In this document: positions 8,466 to 19,364 of the stretch, in pieces
Position numbering within the stretch: position 1 is the stretch's first letter
Layout of the letters: the number at the start of each line of letters is the position of its first letter
NCBI RefSeq assembly: GCF_049418265.1
Contig: NZ_JBMSIW010000001.1
Source: Vulcanococcus sp.
GTDB taxonomy: Bacteria > Cyanobacteriota > Cyanobacteriia > PCC-6307 > Cyanobiaceae
DNA length: 64,000 bases
Reading direction: 5' to 3' (one strand)
Notes under the pieces: generated by a model
The model's input: the letters and a program-made list of their open reading frames with translations, nothing else
Databases searched by the model: none
Told to the model about the DNA's origin: nothing
Position numbers and translations under genes: made by a program

Positions 8466-9832
8466 AGCAGGGCCTCGATCGCAGCTTTGAACTCGCTGCG
8501 TTGCTTGACCCCCTTGAACTGTTGCTTGAGCTCCTTGTTCATGAACAGTTGAACCGTGGGGGTCCCGGTGACGCCGGCCTGCTGCGCAATCTCCTGCTCA
8601 GCCTCGATATCGATTTCAACCCCCTGGGCCTGGCCCCCCAGTTCATCGAGCACCCGCTTGAGCTGGGGCTTCAGGACGTGGCAGGGGCCGCAGGTGGGTG
8701 AGGTGTAGACCACCAGCAGGGGCTTGGTGCTGTCGTGATACAGCTTGCGCAGGGCAAAGCTTCCCTTCTGCCAGAGCGCATCAGGGTTGAAGTTGGCCTC
8801 ATCGCTGACGGCGGTGCGCTGGGGTTCACCCACCTCGGCGGGATCCACCGGATCGTGGCTCACCGTGACGGCGAGATCGTGCTCGGTCAGCCAGCGCTCG
8901 GCGGCCAGGGCGGCCTGACAGCCACTGCCGGCTGCCGTGATGCCCTGGCGCCATTCCGCGTCGGCCACGTCGCCGGCGGCGTAGACGCCCTCCAGGCTGG
9001 TCTCGGGATGGCCGGGCTTGGTGATCAGATAGCCCTTGGCATCGGTCTCGAGCTGCCCCTGCACCAGTCGCGTGTTGGGCGTGTGGCCGATCGCATAGAA
9101 GAGGCCCCGCACGGGCAGCTCCTCTGTGCTGCCTGAGGTGCTGTCGCGCAGGGTGAGGGCCTCGAGCCAGTCCCCACCGCTGCAGTCCGCCACCTGGCGG
9201 TTCCAGTGCACCTCGATGCTGGGGTTCGCCAGCACCCGATCGGCCATGGCCTTACTGGCCCGCAACTTGTCGCCCCGCACGATCAGGTGCACGCGGCTGG
9301 CGTACTTGGTGAGATAGACGGCTTCTTCGCAGGCGGAGTCGCCGCCGCCCACCACGGCCAGATCCACGGCGCGGAACTGGGGGGTCGCTCCATCACAGAT
9401 CGCGCAGGCGCTGATGCCGGCGTTCCAGAAGCGCTCCTCGCTGGGGAGCCCCAGGCGGTTGGCACTGGCTCCCGTGGCCAGGATCACGGCCTGGGTCTCG
9501 ATCGTGCGGCCCTCCGCCGTGATGCGGAAGGGGCGCTGCGAGAGATCGATGGCCTCGGCGTCGGCCTCCACCAGCCGGGTGCCCCAGCGGACGGCCTGGG
9601 CCTTGATGCGGTCCATCAGCTCGGGCCCCAGGATTCCATCCGGGAAGCCGGGGAAGTTCTCCACGTGGGTGGTGGTCATCAGCTGACCACCGGGGATGCC
9701 GCCGTCCTTGAAACCCGTGATCACGACAGGGGACAGGTTGGCCCGTGCCGCATAGATGGCTGCTGTGTATCCGGCGGGACCGGATCCAACGATCACCAGG
9801 TTTTCGACGGCCCCTGGAGCAGCAGCTGCCAT
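8462..9832 (-). CDS. trxB: NADPH-dependent thioredoxin reductase with fused C-terminal thioredoxin (NTRC type)
   Basis: GSGPAGYTAAIY, CAIC, GGGDSA; C-terminal CGPC thioredoxin domain. Confidence 0.95.
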   Translation of the reverse strand: MAAAAPGAVENLVIVGSGPAGYTAAIYAARANLSPVVITGFKDGGIPGGQLMTTTHVENFPGFPDGILGPELMDRIKAQAVRWGTRLVEADAEAIDLSQRPFRITAEGRTIETQAVILATGASANRLGLPSEERFWNAGISACAICDGATPQFRAVDLAVVGGGDSACEEAVYLTKYASRVHLIVRGDKLRASKAMADRVLANPSIEVHWNRQVADCSGGDWLEALTLRDSTSGSTEELPVRGLFYAIGHTPNTRLVQGQLETDAKGYLITKPGHPETSLEGVYAAGDVADAEWRQGITAAGSGCQAALAAERWLTEHDLAVTVSHDPVDPAEVGEPQRTAVSDEANFNPDALWQKGSFALRKLYHDSTKPLLVVYTSPTCGPCHVLKPQLKRVLDELGGQAQGVEIDIEAEQEIAQQAGVTGTPTVQLFMNKELKQQFKGVKQRSEFKAAIEALL

Positions 9833-10003
9833 GGCTAAAGCGGAATGACTTCGCTTTAACTCTAGAGAGTCGTCTCCCCGCTTTGGGCGGCCTCGGGTTG
9901 CCCATCAGGGCGCCGGGGCGGACCGGCGAGAGGGTCGTGCGCGAATGTCGAGGGCCCGGGAATCAGGCCGCTCGAAATCAGGAATCGAATCTAAAGATTG
10001 TCT

Positions 10004-10249
10004 TTAGATTTCAAGGAGGCCGTCGGATTCGTTGCTGTTCTCGATACCCGGGAAGGCGCTCAGGTCGGGAACCATCAGCACCTGTTCAGCGAGCAGTTCG
10101 GGGTGCTGGTCAACGCACAGAATCCATTCGCGGAACTCTTCTGTCAGGGCATAGCTCTCTTCGTATTGCTCGCGATCATCCAGACAGGCGATGCGGGTGT
10201 GGGACCAGTTGATCGCGACCGTGAGACGGCGTTGGATCGAACTTTTCAT
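10004..10249 (-). CDS. hypothetical protein
   Basis: MKSSIQRRL..YALTEEFREWI; ATG at 10249. Confidence 0.6.
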   Translation of the reverse strand: MKSSIQRRLTVAINWSHTRIACLDDREQYEESYALTEEFREWILCVDQHPELLAEQVLMVPDLSAFPGIENSNESDGLLEI

Positions 10250-10345
10250 GACTCGCTTGCGCGTGGTGCAACCCTGACGGCCCATGGGCCCCCTTGGGCT
10301 GTTGATTCGCAGAAGTTCGCACTTTTTGCTGCAATCAATGTGTAT

Positions 10346-11818
10346 TCATTGCTGCACTAAGAAGTTTGGAAGCGCGGGGCCGCGCAGGCGAATCACGTCG
10401 CCAGCTCCGTCTTCCACGGCCTGCAATGGGATCGTGCCGCCTCGCCCGGCTCCACCGGGCTCCTCCGGGCTCTCGCTTGGGCGCGGGCGCAGCACGTAGG
10501 GCTCGCTCAGGGACCAGGTGCGGGCGTACTGCATCAGCAGGGGATCAGCCGGGGCAAAGACATAGGAGGGGTGCCTTGGGATGCTTTCTTGCTCGGCGCG
10601 CTGACCGTTCATGCGCACGGCCCGCGTGATGGCCTGCACGAAGCGGGTGCGGGTTGTCACGGTGGTCAGGTAGGCCACGACGCGCAGCCGCGGCGCGTCA
10701 AAGCCCTCGGCGCACATGTCGATGCTCACCAGCCAGTCGGACTCGCCGCGCTTGAAGGCCTCCATCCGCTGCGGTGCCTCCGGATCCTGGGAGTGCACCA
10801 ACTGCACCCGGTCCCCCTCCTCCTCGAGCAAACCGCAGATGCGCCGGGCGTGGGCGATGTCCCGCGCCACCACCAGCCCCCCGGCCTGCGGGTGGTCTTG
10901 CCGCACGGTCTCAAGCCGTTTGCGGGCATTCAGCAGCAGGCGCAGGGCAATGCTGCTGCTGTCCCCCAGGCGGATGGCGCGGCGCAGGTTGCGGGCCCGC
11001 CAGCTCTCCCGCTGTTCCTGGGAGAGGGGGGAGCGCTCCGCATCCCCCAGCTCACCCTGGCGGGAGTGGTCCACCCAGCCGTCCTGGAAGCGAAATTCCA
11101 GGGGGCGTACATCTCCTGCGGCGATGAGCTCCCGCGGCTCCACGCTCAGATCCGGCGCGATCTGCTCCACCCAGTCCTGCCCGTCGCGCACCTGGATGCG
11201 CCGGGCGGCGCAGAAGCCCAGGTTGTCGGCTCGAAACGGTGTGCCGGTCAGTCCCAGCCGCAGGGTGGCGCGCTGGCTGAGTTGGCTGAAGGCATGGCCC
11301 CAGGCGGTGGCCTCCGGTTCCTCGGGATCGAGCCCCAGGTGGTGCACCTCATCGGCAATGGCCAGCCAGGGCCCCCAGCCCCATCCCTGCAACTGCGCCT
11401 GCAGGCTCTCGAGATTGCGGCCAGCGGCCTGATAGGTGATCAGCAGGCCGTGCTGATCCTGGAGATCGGCGCCGCTCAGGCCGGGTTGCCATTCCTGGAG
11501 TTTCAGCTGCAGGCGCTCGCAGGAGGCGATCCATTGGCTGGCGATCGAACTGCGGTGGCAGAACACCAGGAAGCGCTGCAGGCGTCCCTCCCGCAGCAGC
11601 CGCTCGAAGCTCAGCAGGGCGCCCAGGGTCTTGCCGGCCCCTGGCCCTGCATTGATCAGCACATCTGCGCTGCCCCCGAGCTCCAGTCGGCGCCGCAGCA
11701 GCTGGATCAACTGCACCTGCCACTGGCGCGGTTGCAGCGTCACCAGCGGTAGCGGGGCCGGCTGGCCTGTGGCCTGGGCTCGCCTGGGCAGGCGCAGGTC
11801 GAACGACGGTGAGGGCAT
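10346..11818 (-). CDS. superfamily II DEAD/DEAH-box helicase
   Basis: GPGAGKT, DEVHH, LTGTPFR, MCAEGFDAP, QAITRAVR. Confidence 0.9.
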   Translation of the reverse strand: MPSPSFDLRLPRRAQATGQPAPLPLVTLQPRQWQVQLIQLLRRRLELGGSADVLINAGPGAGKTLGALLSFERLLREGRLQRFLVFCHRSSIASQWIASCERLQLKLQEWQPGLSGADLQDQHGLLITYQAAGRNLESLQAQLQGWGWGPWLAIADEVHHLGLDPEEPEATAWGHAFSQLSQRATLRLGLTGTPFRADNLGFCAARRIQVRDGQDWVEQIAPDLSVEPRELIAAGDVRPLEFRFQDGWVDHSRQGELGDAERSPLSQEQRESWRARNLRRAIRLGDSSSIALRLLLNARKRLETVRQDHPQAGGLVVARDIAHARRICGLLEEEGDRVQLVHSQDPEAPQRMEAFKRGESDWLVSIDMCAEGFDAPRLRVVAYLTTVTTRTRFVQAITRAVRMNGQRAEQESIPRHPSYVFAPADPLLMQYARTWSLSEPYVLRPRPSESPEEPGGAGRGGTIPLQAVEDGAGDVIRLRGPALPNFLVQQ

Positions 11819-11937
11819 CCCGCCATTGTGTGGCGATCGGCCCAAAAAAGTTGGGCACATCTACCTATTCGCATTCGCGCTGGAGCCCTTACCGTCCGGC
11901 CATCACCCCGCTCCCGGGCCTTCCGCCCCGTCAGCCC

Positions 11938-12114
11938 ATGGATGAGCGTTCCGCCTTTGCCTGTACCCCCGATGAGTGGCGCCAGCGCCTCGAGCAGGCG
12001 CTGGCGCTGGAGTGCGACCTCGATCCGATGATCCTGCGGGCCCGTCAGTTGCGCCGCCAGGGCTCAGCTCCCCAGGCCCACTGCTTAGAACAGGAGCTTC
12101 TGCCCTTGTTCTGA
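11938..12114 (+). CDS. small hypothetical protein
   Basis: MDERSAF..LEQELLPLF; directly upstream of and co-oriented with the next gene. Confidence 0.55.
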   Translation: MDERSAFACTPDEWRQRLEQALALECDLDPMILRARQLRRQGSAPQAHCLEQELLPLF

Positions 12115-12121
12115 GCGCTGC

Positions 12122-12796
12122 ATGCAGCTGGCTGTCACCGGCGCCTCCGGCAAAACCGGCTGGCGTGTTGTTCAGGAGGCCTTGGCCCGCGGTTACCAGG
12201 TGCGCGCCATCGTGCGGCCCGATTCCCAGTTGCCCGAAGGCCTCAGCGGCGCCGAGGTGCTGCGGCTTGAGCTGGGGGATCGCCCCGCCCTCGAGTCCGC
12301 TCTCCGCGGTTGCGATGCCCTGGTGATTGCCACCGGAGCGCGTCCCAGCATTGATCTGGCGGGTCCCTTGAAGGTGGATGCCCTGGGGGTGCGCCAGCAG
12401 TTGCAGGCCGCCCAGGCGGTCGGGTTGCAGCGGCTCGTGCTGGTGAGCTCCCTCTGCGCCGGTCGCTGGTGGCATCCCCTCAACCTCTTCGGCTTGATCC
12501 TGGTCTGGAAGCGTTTGGGGGAGGCCTGGCTCGAGCAGAGCGGTCTGGCGGTCACCGTGGTGCGCCCCGGCGGTCTCAAGGAAGCCGAAGACGATCTGGC
12601 CTCCCAGCGCCTGCGCCTGTCAGCGGCCGATCAACAGGTGGATGGCAGCATCCCGCGCCGCCTTGTGGCCCAGGTCTGCCTGGATGCCCTGGAGAACCCC
12701 GCCAGCATCGGCCGCATCCTCGAGATCACCTCCAGCCCGACCCAAGGCGATCAGCCTGAAAGCGCCCAGGCCACCCTGGCGGCCTGGCTGGCCTAG
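12122..12796 (+). CDS. NAD(P)H-binding SDR-family oxidoreductase
   Basis: VTGASGKTG, LVSSL, VVRPGGL, IPRRLVA. Confidence 0.88.
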   Translation: MQLAVTGASGKTGWRVVQEALARGYQVRAIVRPDSQLPEGLSGAEVLRLELGDRPALESALRGCDALVIATGARPSIDLAGPLKVDALGVRQQLQAAQAVGLQRLVLVSSLCAGRWWHPLNLFGLILVWKRLGEAWLEQSGLAVTVVRPGGLKEAEDDLASQRLRLSAADQQVDGSIPRRLVAQVCLDALENPASIGRILEITSSPTQGDQPESAQATLAAWLA

Positions 12797-12892
12797 GGCG
12801 TGTGCGGATGTGATCACACGGCCTGAAGAACGGTTGCCTCCAGAGCTGTTGCGGCGAACACTGATTCGGTTGTGACGTGACGGCGAACAGCA

Positions 12893-14038
12893 TTGATCCG
12901 TGTGTTGGTGCCGCGGGAATGTCGCCCGGGCGAAACGCGGGTAGCGGCCACCCCTGAAACCGTGCGCCGCCTCAGCGCCCGCGGTTGCTCCTTTCAGGTG
13001 GAGCGCGGCGCTGGCGCCGCCAGCGGCTACCCCGATGAGGCCTACGAGGAGGCCGGCGCGGCCTTGGTCGATGCCGCCTCTGCGGTCTGGGCCCAGAGCG
13101 ATGTGGTGATGGCCGTGCAGGCCGCTGACCTGGTGCAGCAACGCCCCGAGCTCGAGCAGCTGCCGGCGCAGTCGGTGCTGCTGGGTCTGATGGAACCCCA
13201 TGGCAACGAGGCCCTCAAGGGGCGTCTGCAGGAGCGCCGGCTCCAGGGCCTGGCCCTGGAGCTGCTGCCGCGCATCAGCCGAGCCCAGAGCATGGATGTG
13301 CTCTCCTCGCAGGCCAACATCGCGGGCTACAAGGCGGTGCTGCTGGCCGCCTCAGCTCTGGATCGCTACGTGCCGATGCTGATGACGGCAGCCGGCACCA
13401 TTCAGCCCGCCCGCGCCCTGATCCTGGGGGCTGGCGTCGCCGGCCTGCAGGCCCTTGCGACAGCCCGGAGGCTGGGGGCGGTGGCCTACGTCAGTGATGT
13501 GCGTGCCGCCGCCAAAGAGCAGGTGGAATCTCTGGGGGGCCGCTTTGTTGATCCCCCGGAGCTGGAGCAGAAGCCCGGCGAATCCGGCGGCTATGCCCAG
13601 CAGGCCAGTGAGCGTTTTCTCAGCGAGCAGAGACGTCAGCTCACCGAACAGCTCGCCTTGGCCGACATGGTCATCTGCACGGCTCAGGTCCCGGGCCGCC
13701 CGGCCCCGCGCCTGATCGAGGACGCGATGCTCACGCACATGCGCCCCGGCAGCGTCGTGGTGGATCTGGCGGTCGCCCAGGGCGGGAACTGCGAGGGCAC
13801 CCAGCCCGGTACCACCGTGCTGCGCCATGGGGTCCAGCTGATCGGGGCCGACCAGCTGCCCTGCTCTGTGGGGAACCACGCCAGTGCTCTCTACGCCCGC
13901 AACCTGGCCGCTCTGCTGGAGCACATCCTCAACGCCACACCCGCTGAGGCCACCGGCCTGCATCTCGATCTCAACGACGAGATCGTGGCGGGCTGTCTGT
14001 TCACCCAATCCCCCGTTGCTGTTGGAGGTGCTGCATGA
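12893..14038 (+). CDS. pntA: NAD(P) transhydrogenase subunit alpha, part 1
   Basis: ETRVAATPE, RAQSMDVLSSQANIAGYKAV, GAGVAGLQA, GGNCEGT. Confidence 0.95.
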   Translation: MIRVLVPRECRPGETRVAATPETVRRLSARGCSFQVERGAGAASGYPDEAYEEAGAALVDAASAVWAQSDVVMAVQAADLVQQRPELEQLPAQSVLLGLMEPHGNEALKGRLQERRLQGLALELLPRISRAQSMDVLSSQANIAGYKAVLLAASALDRYVPMLMTAAGTIQPARALILGAGVAGLQALATARRLGAVAYVSDVRAAAKEQVESLGGRFVDPPELEQKPGESGGYAQQASERFLSEQRRQLTEQLALADMVICTAQVPGRPAPRLIEDAMLTHMRPGSVVVDLAVAQGGNCEGTQPGTTVLRHGVQLIGADQLPCSVGNHASALYARNLAALLEHILNATPAEATGLHLDLNDEIVAGCLFTQSPVAVGGAA

Positions 14039-14334
14039 GCAGCCTGAATGAAGCCCTCTGGGTGCTGCTGCTCGGCAGCCTGTTGGGGCTGGAGTTGATC
14101 GGCAAGGTGCCCCCCACCTTGCACACCCCCTTGATGAGTGGCGCCAACGCCATCAGTGGGATCACGGTGCTGGCCTCCCTGAGCCTGATCAGTCAGGCCC
14201 AGGACAATCCCGCCCTGCTGTTGCTCGGGGCCATCTCCCTGGGCTTCGCCCTGTTCAACGTGGTGGGCGGCTTCCTGGTCACCGACCGGATGCTGGCGAT
14301 GTTCGGCCGCAAGAAGTCGGGGGCCGGACGATGA
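14035..14334 (+). CDS. NAD(P) transhydrogenase subunit alpha, part 2 (membrane)
   Basis: LHTPLMSGANAISGI, NVVGGFLVTDRMLAMF. Confidence 0.93.
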   Translation: MSSLNEALWVLLLGSLLGLELIGKVPPTLHTPLMSGANAISGITVLASLSLISQAQDNPALLLLGAISLGFALFNVVGGFLVTDRMLAMFGRKKSGAGR

Positions 14335-15731
14335 GCGCGATTCCCTTCCTCGGTTATCTGATCGATCTGCTGGCGGTTCTGCTGCTGGCCCTGGGCCTCA
14401 AGGGGCTCTCCAAGGTGCGCTCGGCCCGCTCGGCCAATGGCCTGGCCGCCCTGGCCATGGGTCTGGCGGTGGCGGGTCTGCTGCTGCAACTGCAGCCCGG
14501 TGCCCTGGCCTGGCTGGCCATCGTGCTCGGCACCCTGGTGGGTGGCGGCTTGGGTTGGTTGATGGCCCGGCGGGTCGCCATGACGGAAATGCCGGAGACC
14601 GTCGCGCTGTTCAACGGCTGCGGGGGCATGGCCTCCCTGCTGGTGGCCCTGGCCGTGGCGCTGTTCGATGACGGCAGCGCCGACATGGTCGAGCTGGTCT
14701 CGGTGGTCATCTCGGTCTTCGTCGGTGCGATCACCTTCAGCGGCTCCATCGTGGCGATGGGCAAGCTGCAGGGCTGGTTGGGTACACCGGGTTGGACCCA
14801 GAGCCAGGTGCGCCACGCCATCAACATCGCCATCGCCCTGGCTGCCCTGGTCGGCGCCCTGGCGGTGCCCGGCAACCCCTCCGGTTCAGCCCTCTGGCTG
14901 CTGGTGGTGGCCTCCACCCTTCTGGGCATCGGCGTCACCCTGCCCATCGGCGGGGCGGACATGCCGGTGGTGATCTCCCTGCTGAATTCCTATTCCGGCG
15001 TGGCCGCGGCGGCCGCCGGTTTTGTGGTGGGCTCCCAGCTGCTGATCGTGGCCGGCGCCATGGTCGGCGCGGCGGGTCTGATCTTGACCCAGGTGATGTG
15101 CACCGCCATGAACCGCTCCCTGGTGAGCGTGCTCTTCGGGGGTGCCCTCGGTGGCAGTGCCCACGTGGGCGGTGGCGGCGACGAGGCCGGCTACAGCCAC
15201 ATCGTCAGCTGCAGCGCTGAGGAATGCGCCATGGCCCTGGAGACGGCGGAGCGGGTGGTCTTTGTGCCCGGCTACGGCCTGGCGGTGGCCCAGGCCCAGC
15301 ACGCCCTGCGGGAGCTCTCCAAGTTGCTCGAGGCCAAAGGGGCGGAGGTCAGCTACGCCATTCACCCGGTGGCAGGCCGCATGCCCGGCCACATGAATGT
15401 GCTGCTGGCCGAGGCCGATGTGCCCTACGAGCAGTTGGTGGAGATGGAGACCATCAACCCGGAGTTTCCCCGCACCGATGTCGTCATCGTGCTGGGAGCC
15501 AATGACGTGGTGAACCCCGACGCCAAGAACGACCCCAGCAGCCCCCTCTTCGGCATGCCCGTGCTCGAGGTGGACCAGGCCCGTCAGGTCTTCGTCGTCA
15601 AGCGCAGCATGGGCGCTGGCTATGCCGGCATCAAGAACGCCCTCTTTGAGCTGCCGCAAACCGCCATGGTCTTCGGCGATGCCAAGGCCGTGCTGCAGCA
15701 GCTCTGCGCGGAGGTGCGCAGCGCCGCCTAA
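14331..15731 (+). CDS. pntB: NAD(P) transhydrogenase subunit beta
   Basis: GGADMPVVISLLNSYSG, PGYGLAVAQAQ, HPVAGRMPGHMNVLLAEA. Confidence 0.96.
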   Translation: MSAIPFLGYLIDLLAVLLLALGLKGLSKVRSARSANGLAALAMGLAVAGLLLQLQPGALAWLAIVLGTLVGGGLGWLMARRVAMTEMPETVALFNGCGGMASLLVALAVALFDDGSADMVELVSVVISVFVGAITFSGSIVAMGKLQGWLGTPGWTQSQVRHAINIAIALAALVGALAVPGNPSGSALWLLVVASTLLGIGVTLPIGGADMPVVISLLNSYSGVAAAAAGFVVGSQLLIVAGAMVGAAGLILTQVMCTAMNRSLVSVLFGGALGGSAHVGGGGDEAGYSHIVSCSAEECAMALETAERVVFVPGYGLAVAQAQHALRELSKLLEAKGAEVSYAIHPVAGRMPGHMNVLLAEADVPYEQLVEMETINPEFPRTDVVIVLGANDVVNPDAKNDPSSPLFGMPVLEVDQARQVFVVKRSMGAGYAGIKNALFELPQTAMVFGDAKAVLQQLCAEVRSAA

Positions 15732-15741
15732 GACTGGGCCG

Positions 15742-16773
15742 ATGGAGCCCTCCCCCCTGCTGCAGGCGCTGAACCTCCCGCCCTTTCGGCCCCGTTTTCC
15801 CTGGATCGGGGCCGATCTGCAAACCCTGCGCGACACCCTGCGCCGCGATGCCCTCGGCCCCGACACCGGCAGCCCGATCGCCTTTGGCGTAGCCCCTGGG
15901 GAGAGCTTGCTCGGGTTCCTGGATCAGCCGAGCGCCGGTGAGCCCCGCGCCCTGGTGCTCCTGATGCATGGCCTGGGGGGCAACAGTTCCCGCGAGGGTC
16001 TGCGCCGCATGGGACAGACCCTGCAGCAGGCGGGTTTCGCCGTGCTGCGCCTCAACATGCGCGGTGCCGGCCCCGGGCGGCACCTGGCTCCCGGCACCTA
16101 TGCGGCCAACAGCAACCGCGACCTGCTGCCCGTGCTGCGACAGGCCCGGGAGCTCGCGGCCTCGCGGCCCCTGCTCGGCATGGGCATCTCCCTGGGCGGC
16201 ACCAAGTTGCTGAACGCCTGCCTCAGCTCCCCTGGCCTGCTGGATGGGCTGATCACGATCAGCTCACCCCTGGATCTGGAGTCCTGCTCCCGCCAGATCG
16301 AGCAGCCCCGCAATCGCCTCTATCAGCACTGGCTGCTGCAACGGCTGGTGGCCCAGACCCTGGCGGATCCCTTCGGCGTCACCCCCGAGGAACGCCGCGC
16401 TCTCACCGCGCCCGCTCCCGCTTCGATCCGCGCCTTCGACGCCGCCATCACCGCCCCGCGCTGGGGCTACGACTCGGTGGAGAGCTACTACCGGCAGGCC
16501 AGTCCCCTGGCCTCCCTGCTCGCTGGTGCCGCCGCCCTGCCCCCCTGCCTGATCGTCCATGCCGAAGACGATCCCTGGGTGCCGGTGGAGCCCGCCCGCC
16601 AGCTGCAGCAGGTTCAGCGTCCGGGCCTGCAGGTTCTGCTGAGCGAGCAGGGAGGCCACAACGGCTTCCATGGACCGGATGGTTGCTGGGGTGATCAGCT
16701 CAGCGCCCGCTGGCTGCAGCAGCAAGCGGCATCCGCCGCACAATCCACTCCTCGATCGGTGCGCCGTCCATGA
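15742..16773 (+). CDS. YheT-family alpha/beta hydrolase
   Basis: LMHGLGG, LNMRG, GISLGG, AEDDPWV, GGHNGF. Confidence 0.85.
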   Translation: MEPSPLLQALNLPPFRPRFPWIGADLQTLRDTLRRDALGPDTGSPIAFGVAPGESLLGFLDQPSAGEPRALVLLMHGLGGNSSREGLRRMGQTLQQAGFAVLRLNMRGAGPGRHLAPGTYAANSNRDLLPVLRQARELAASRPLLGMGISLGGTKLLNACLSSPGLLDGLITISSPLDLESCSRQIEQPRNRLYQHWLLQRLVAQTLADPFGVTPEERRALTAPAPASIRAFDAAITAPRWGYDSVESYYRQASPLASLLAGAAALPPCLIVHAEDDPWVPVEPARQLQQVQRPGLQVLLSEQGGHNGFHGPDGCWGDQLSARWLQQQAASAAQSTPRSVRRP

Positions 16774-17044
16774 CGTGCTCCCGCAGGATCCGCTCCACCC
16801 GCTCGGGCGTCACCCCGCCGTAGACGATTCCCTCCGGCCAGATCAGCAGCACGGGGCCATCGGCGCAGATGCGGAGGCAATCGGCCTTGGTTCGCAACAC
16901 GATGCCGCCGTCGCGACCCGGATCCTCGAGGCCCCACTCGCGCACCAGCCGTTTGAGGGTCTCCCAGCTGGCCGCTCCTTGCGCCGGGTCACAGCAGAGC
17001 GCCTTGGCCGGCGTCGCGCAGAGCAGCAGATGGTGCGCAATCAC
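16700..17044 (-). CDS. thioredoxin-like [2Fe-2S] ferredoxin
   Basis: [30 protein letters not shown]. Confidence 0.85.
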   Translation of the reverse strand: MIAHHLLLCATPAKALCCDPAQGAASWETLKRLVREWGLEDPGRDGGIVLRTKADCLRICADGPVLLIWPEGIVYGGVTPERVERILREHVMDGAPIEEWIVRRMPLAAAASGR

Positions 17045-18291
17045 GCCGGCAGCGCAGCCGGCGTCTTGGCCGTGAGCCGGGCTGCAGCTTCACGCACCGC
17101 CTGACGGCTCCAGCCGTCCACGGCCAGCACGTCGTCCAGAGAGGGATTGGCCGTGAGGTCGGCCTTGTGGCGATCACACACCACGTCGATCAAGCGCGGG
17201 ATATCGAGGAAGTGGATCTGTTCCTCGAGGAAGAGCGCCACCGCTTGCTCGTTGGCGGCGTTCATCACCGCCGGCATCGTGCCGCCGGCGCGGCCGGCCG
17301 CGTAGGCCAGCTCCATGCAGGGGTATTTGGCCGGGTCGGGCTTGCGGAAGGTGAGTTGGCCCACCTCGGTGAGATCGAGGCGGCGCCAGGGGGTTTCCAG
17401 GCGCTCGGGCCAGCTCAGGCAGTAGAGGATCGGCAGCTTCATATCGGGCCAGCCCAGTTGCCCCAGCACCGAGGAATCGGCCAGCTCCACCATCGAGTGG
17501 ATGATCGATTGCGGGTGGATCACGATCTCGATGTGGTCGTAATCCAGGCCGAACAGGTAGTGGGCCTCGATCACCTCCAGGCCCTTGTTCATCAGCGAGG
17601 CGCTATCCACCGTGATCTTGCGCCCCATGCTCCAGTTGGGGTGGCTGGTGGCATCGGCCACGGTGGCCTTGTGCAGATCAGCGGCATCCCAGTCGCGGAA
17701 GGCGCCGCCGCTGGCGGTGAGCTGAATGCGGCGCAGGCCGGGGGTGGGCACGCCGGTGCTGAGGCGGGCGGTGTCAGCCCAGGGGGTGCCCTGCAGGCAC
17801 TGGAAGATGGCGGAGTGCTCGGAATCGGCCGGCAGCAGGCGCGAGCCGCTCTTGGCCAGCTCCGGCAGCACCACCGGGCCGGCGGCGATCAGGGTTTCCT
17901 TGTTGGCCAGGGCCAGATCCTTGCCGGCGCGGATGGCGGCCAGGGTGGGCAGCAGGCCGGCACAGCCCACGATGCCTGTGACCACCAGATCAGCCGTGGG
18001 CCAGGCCGCGGCGGTGCAGAGGCCATCGGAGCCGCCCACCAGTTCGGGCAGCTTGGCGGGCCGGGCGCTGGGTTCGAGGTGGTTCAGCCGCTCGCGCAGT
18101 TCAGGCAGCTTCGCCTCGTCCGCCAGGGCCACCACTTCCGGCGCGTGCCGTTGGATCTGGCTGATCAGCAGGTCCAGGTTGTTGCCGGCCGTCAGGGCCA
18201 CCACCCGGAAACGATCGGGGAACTCCTCGACGATCTCGAGGGTCTGCGTGCCGATCGAGCCGGTGGAGCCGAGCACTGAGAGGGCTTTCAC
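17041..18291 (-). CDS. dxr: 1-deoxy-D-xylulose-5-phosphate reductoisomerase
   Basis: [45 protein letters not shown]. Confidence 0.97.
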   Translation of the reverse strand: MKALSVLGSTGSIGTQTLEIVEEFPDRFRVVALTAGNNLDLLISQIQRHAPEVVALADEAKLPELRERLNHLEPSARPAKLPELVGGSDGLCTAAAWPTADLVVTGIVGCAGLLPTLAAIRAGKDLALANKETLIAAGPVVLPELAKSGSRLLPADSEHSAIFQCLQGTPWADTARLSTGVPTPGLRRIQLTASGGAFRDWDAADLHKATVADATSHPNWSMGRKITVDSASLMNKGLEVIEAHYLFGLDYDHIEIVIHPQSIIHSMVELADSSVLGQLGWPDMKLPILYCLSWPERLETPWRRLDLTEVGQLTFRKPDPAKYPCMELAYAAGRAGGTMPAVMNAANEQAVALFLEEQIHFLDIPRLIDVVCDRHKADLTANPSLDDVLAVDGWSRQAVREAAARLTAKTPAALPA

Positions 18292-18378
18292 GGCAGGGCT
18301 CCGTCGATCTGGCCCTCAAGTTTCCCATTGCCTGGCCTGGCAGGACGCTTAGCGTTGCGGGCGCTTTGTGTTTTCCCG

Positions 18379-19317
18379 ATGGCCGAGCAGCCAGCCACTG
18401 CCTCCCCCCGGTGGCCCTACGTGTTCGCCAGCGGCCTGGCCATGGGATCGGCCGATGTGGTGCCGGGCGTCTCCGGCGGAACCATGGCCTTCATCCTCGG
18501 CATCTACGGCCAGCTGCTCGAGGCCATCACCGGCTTTGACCTGGAGCTGCTGGCCCTGCTGCGCCGCGGCGACTGGCCGGCCGCCGCCGCCCGCATCCAC
18601 CTCGGCTTCCTGGTGCCCCTGCTCGCGGGCCTGCTCGGGTCAGTGCTGCTGCTGGTGCGGCCCATCACCTGGCTCTATGAGCACCAGCCCGTCCTGCTCT
18701 TCGCCTTCTTCTTTGGTCTGATCGTCGGATCGATCGTGCTGATTGCCCGGCACGCCCACTGGGGTCTGGCGGGCTTGCTGGCCATGGCCCTCGGGGTGAT
18801 CGCGGCCCTCGTGCTCGTGACCCGCACCCCGGTCACCATGCCCCATGACCCATTCACTCTCTTCTGGAGCGGGGCCGTCGCGATCATGGCCATGATCCTG
18901 CCGGGGGTCTCCGGTTCGTTCCTGCTGCTGGTGCTTGGTCAGTACCAGCACGTCATGGAAAGCGTGAAGGGTCTGGAGTTCGGCACCTTGATCCCCTTTG
19001 CCCTGGGTTGCATCACTGGCCTGCTGCTCTTCGTGCGTCTGCTGCGCTGGCTGCTCAGCCGCTGGCACGGTCAGGCCGTCGCCCTGTTGATGGGTTTCAT
19101 GGTCGGTTCCCTCTGGAAGATCTGGCCCTTCCGCACCGTCCTTGAGAGCACCGTCAACGCCAAGGGCAAGCTGGTGGTGCTGCGCGATGCCCTCGCCGCA
19201 CCAGCCGATGGCTCTCAGTTGGCCGTCGCCCTGCTGTTGATGGGCGCTGGTGTGTTGCTCGTCACCGGCCTCGAGCAAGTGCAGCAGCGCATCGGTGCGG
19301 CGGAGATGGGCGGCTAA
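18379..19317 (+). CDS. DUF368-family membrane protein
   Basis: MGSADVVPGVSGGT and MILPGVSGS repeats. Confidence 0.88.
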   Translation: MAEQPATASPRWPYVFASGLAMGSADVVPGVSGGTMAFILGIYGQLLEAITGFDLELLALLRRGDWPAAAARIHLGFLVPLLAGLLGSVLLLVRPITWLYEHQPVLLFAFFFGLIVGSIVLIARHAHWGLAGLLAMALGVIAALVLVTRTPVTMPHDPFTLFWSGAVAIMAMILPGVSGSFLLLVLGQYQHVMESVKGLEFGTLIPFALGCITGLLLFVRLLRWLLSRWHGQAVALLMGFMVGSLWKIWPFRTVLESTVNAKGKLVVLRDALAAPADGSQLAVALLLMGAGVLLVTGLEQVQQRIGAAEMGG

Positions 19318-19364
19318 GCGCTTGCGCGGCCGGGGAAACTAGGGGCTGCACTCAGCAGCCCTCG

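Noticed and set aside
10346-11818. Stand-alone SF2 helicase as an anti-phage or restriction system
   Set aside because: No nuclease or methylase partner; host-like codon usage and housekeeping context
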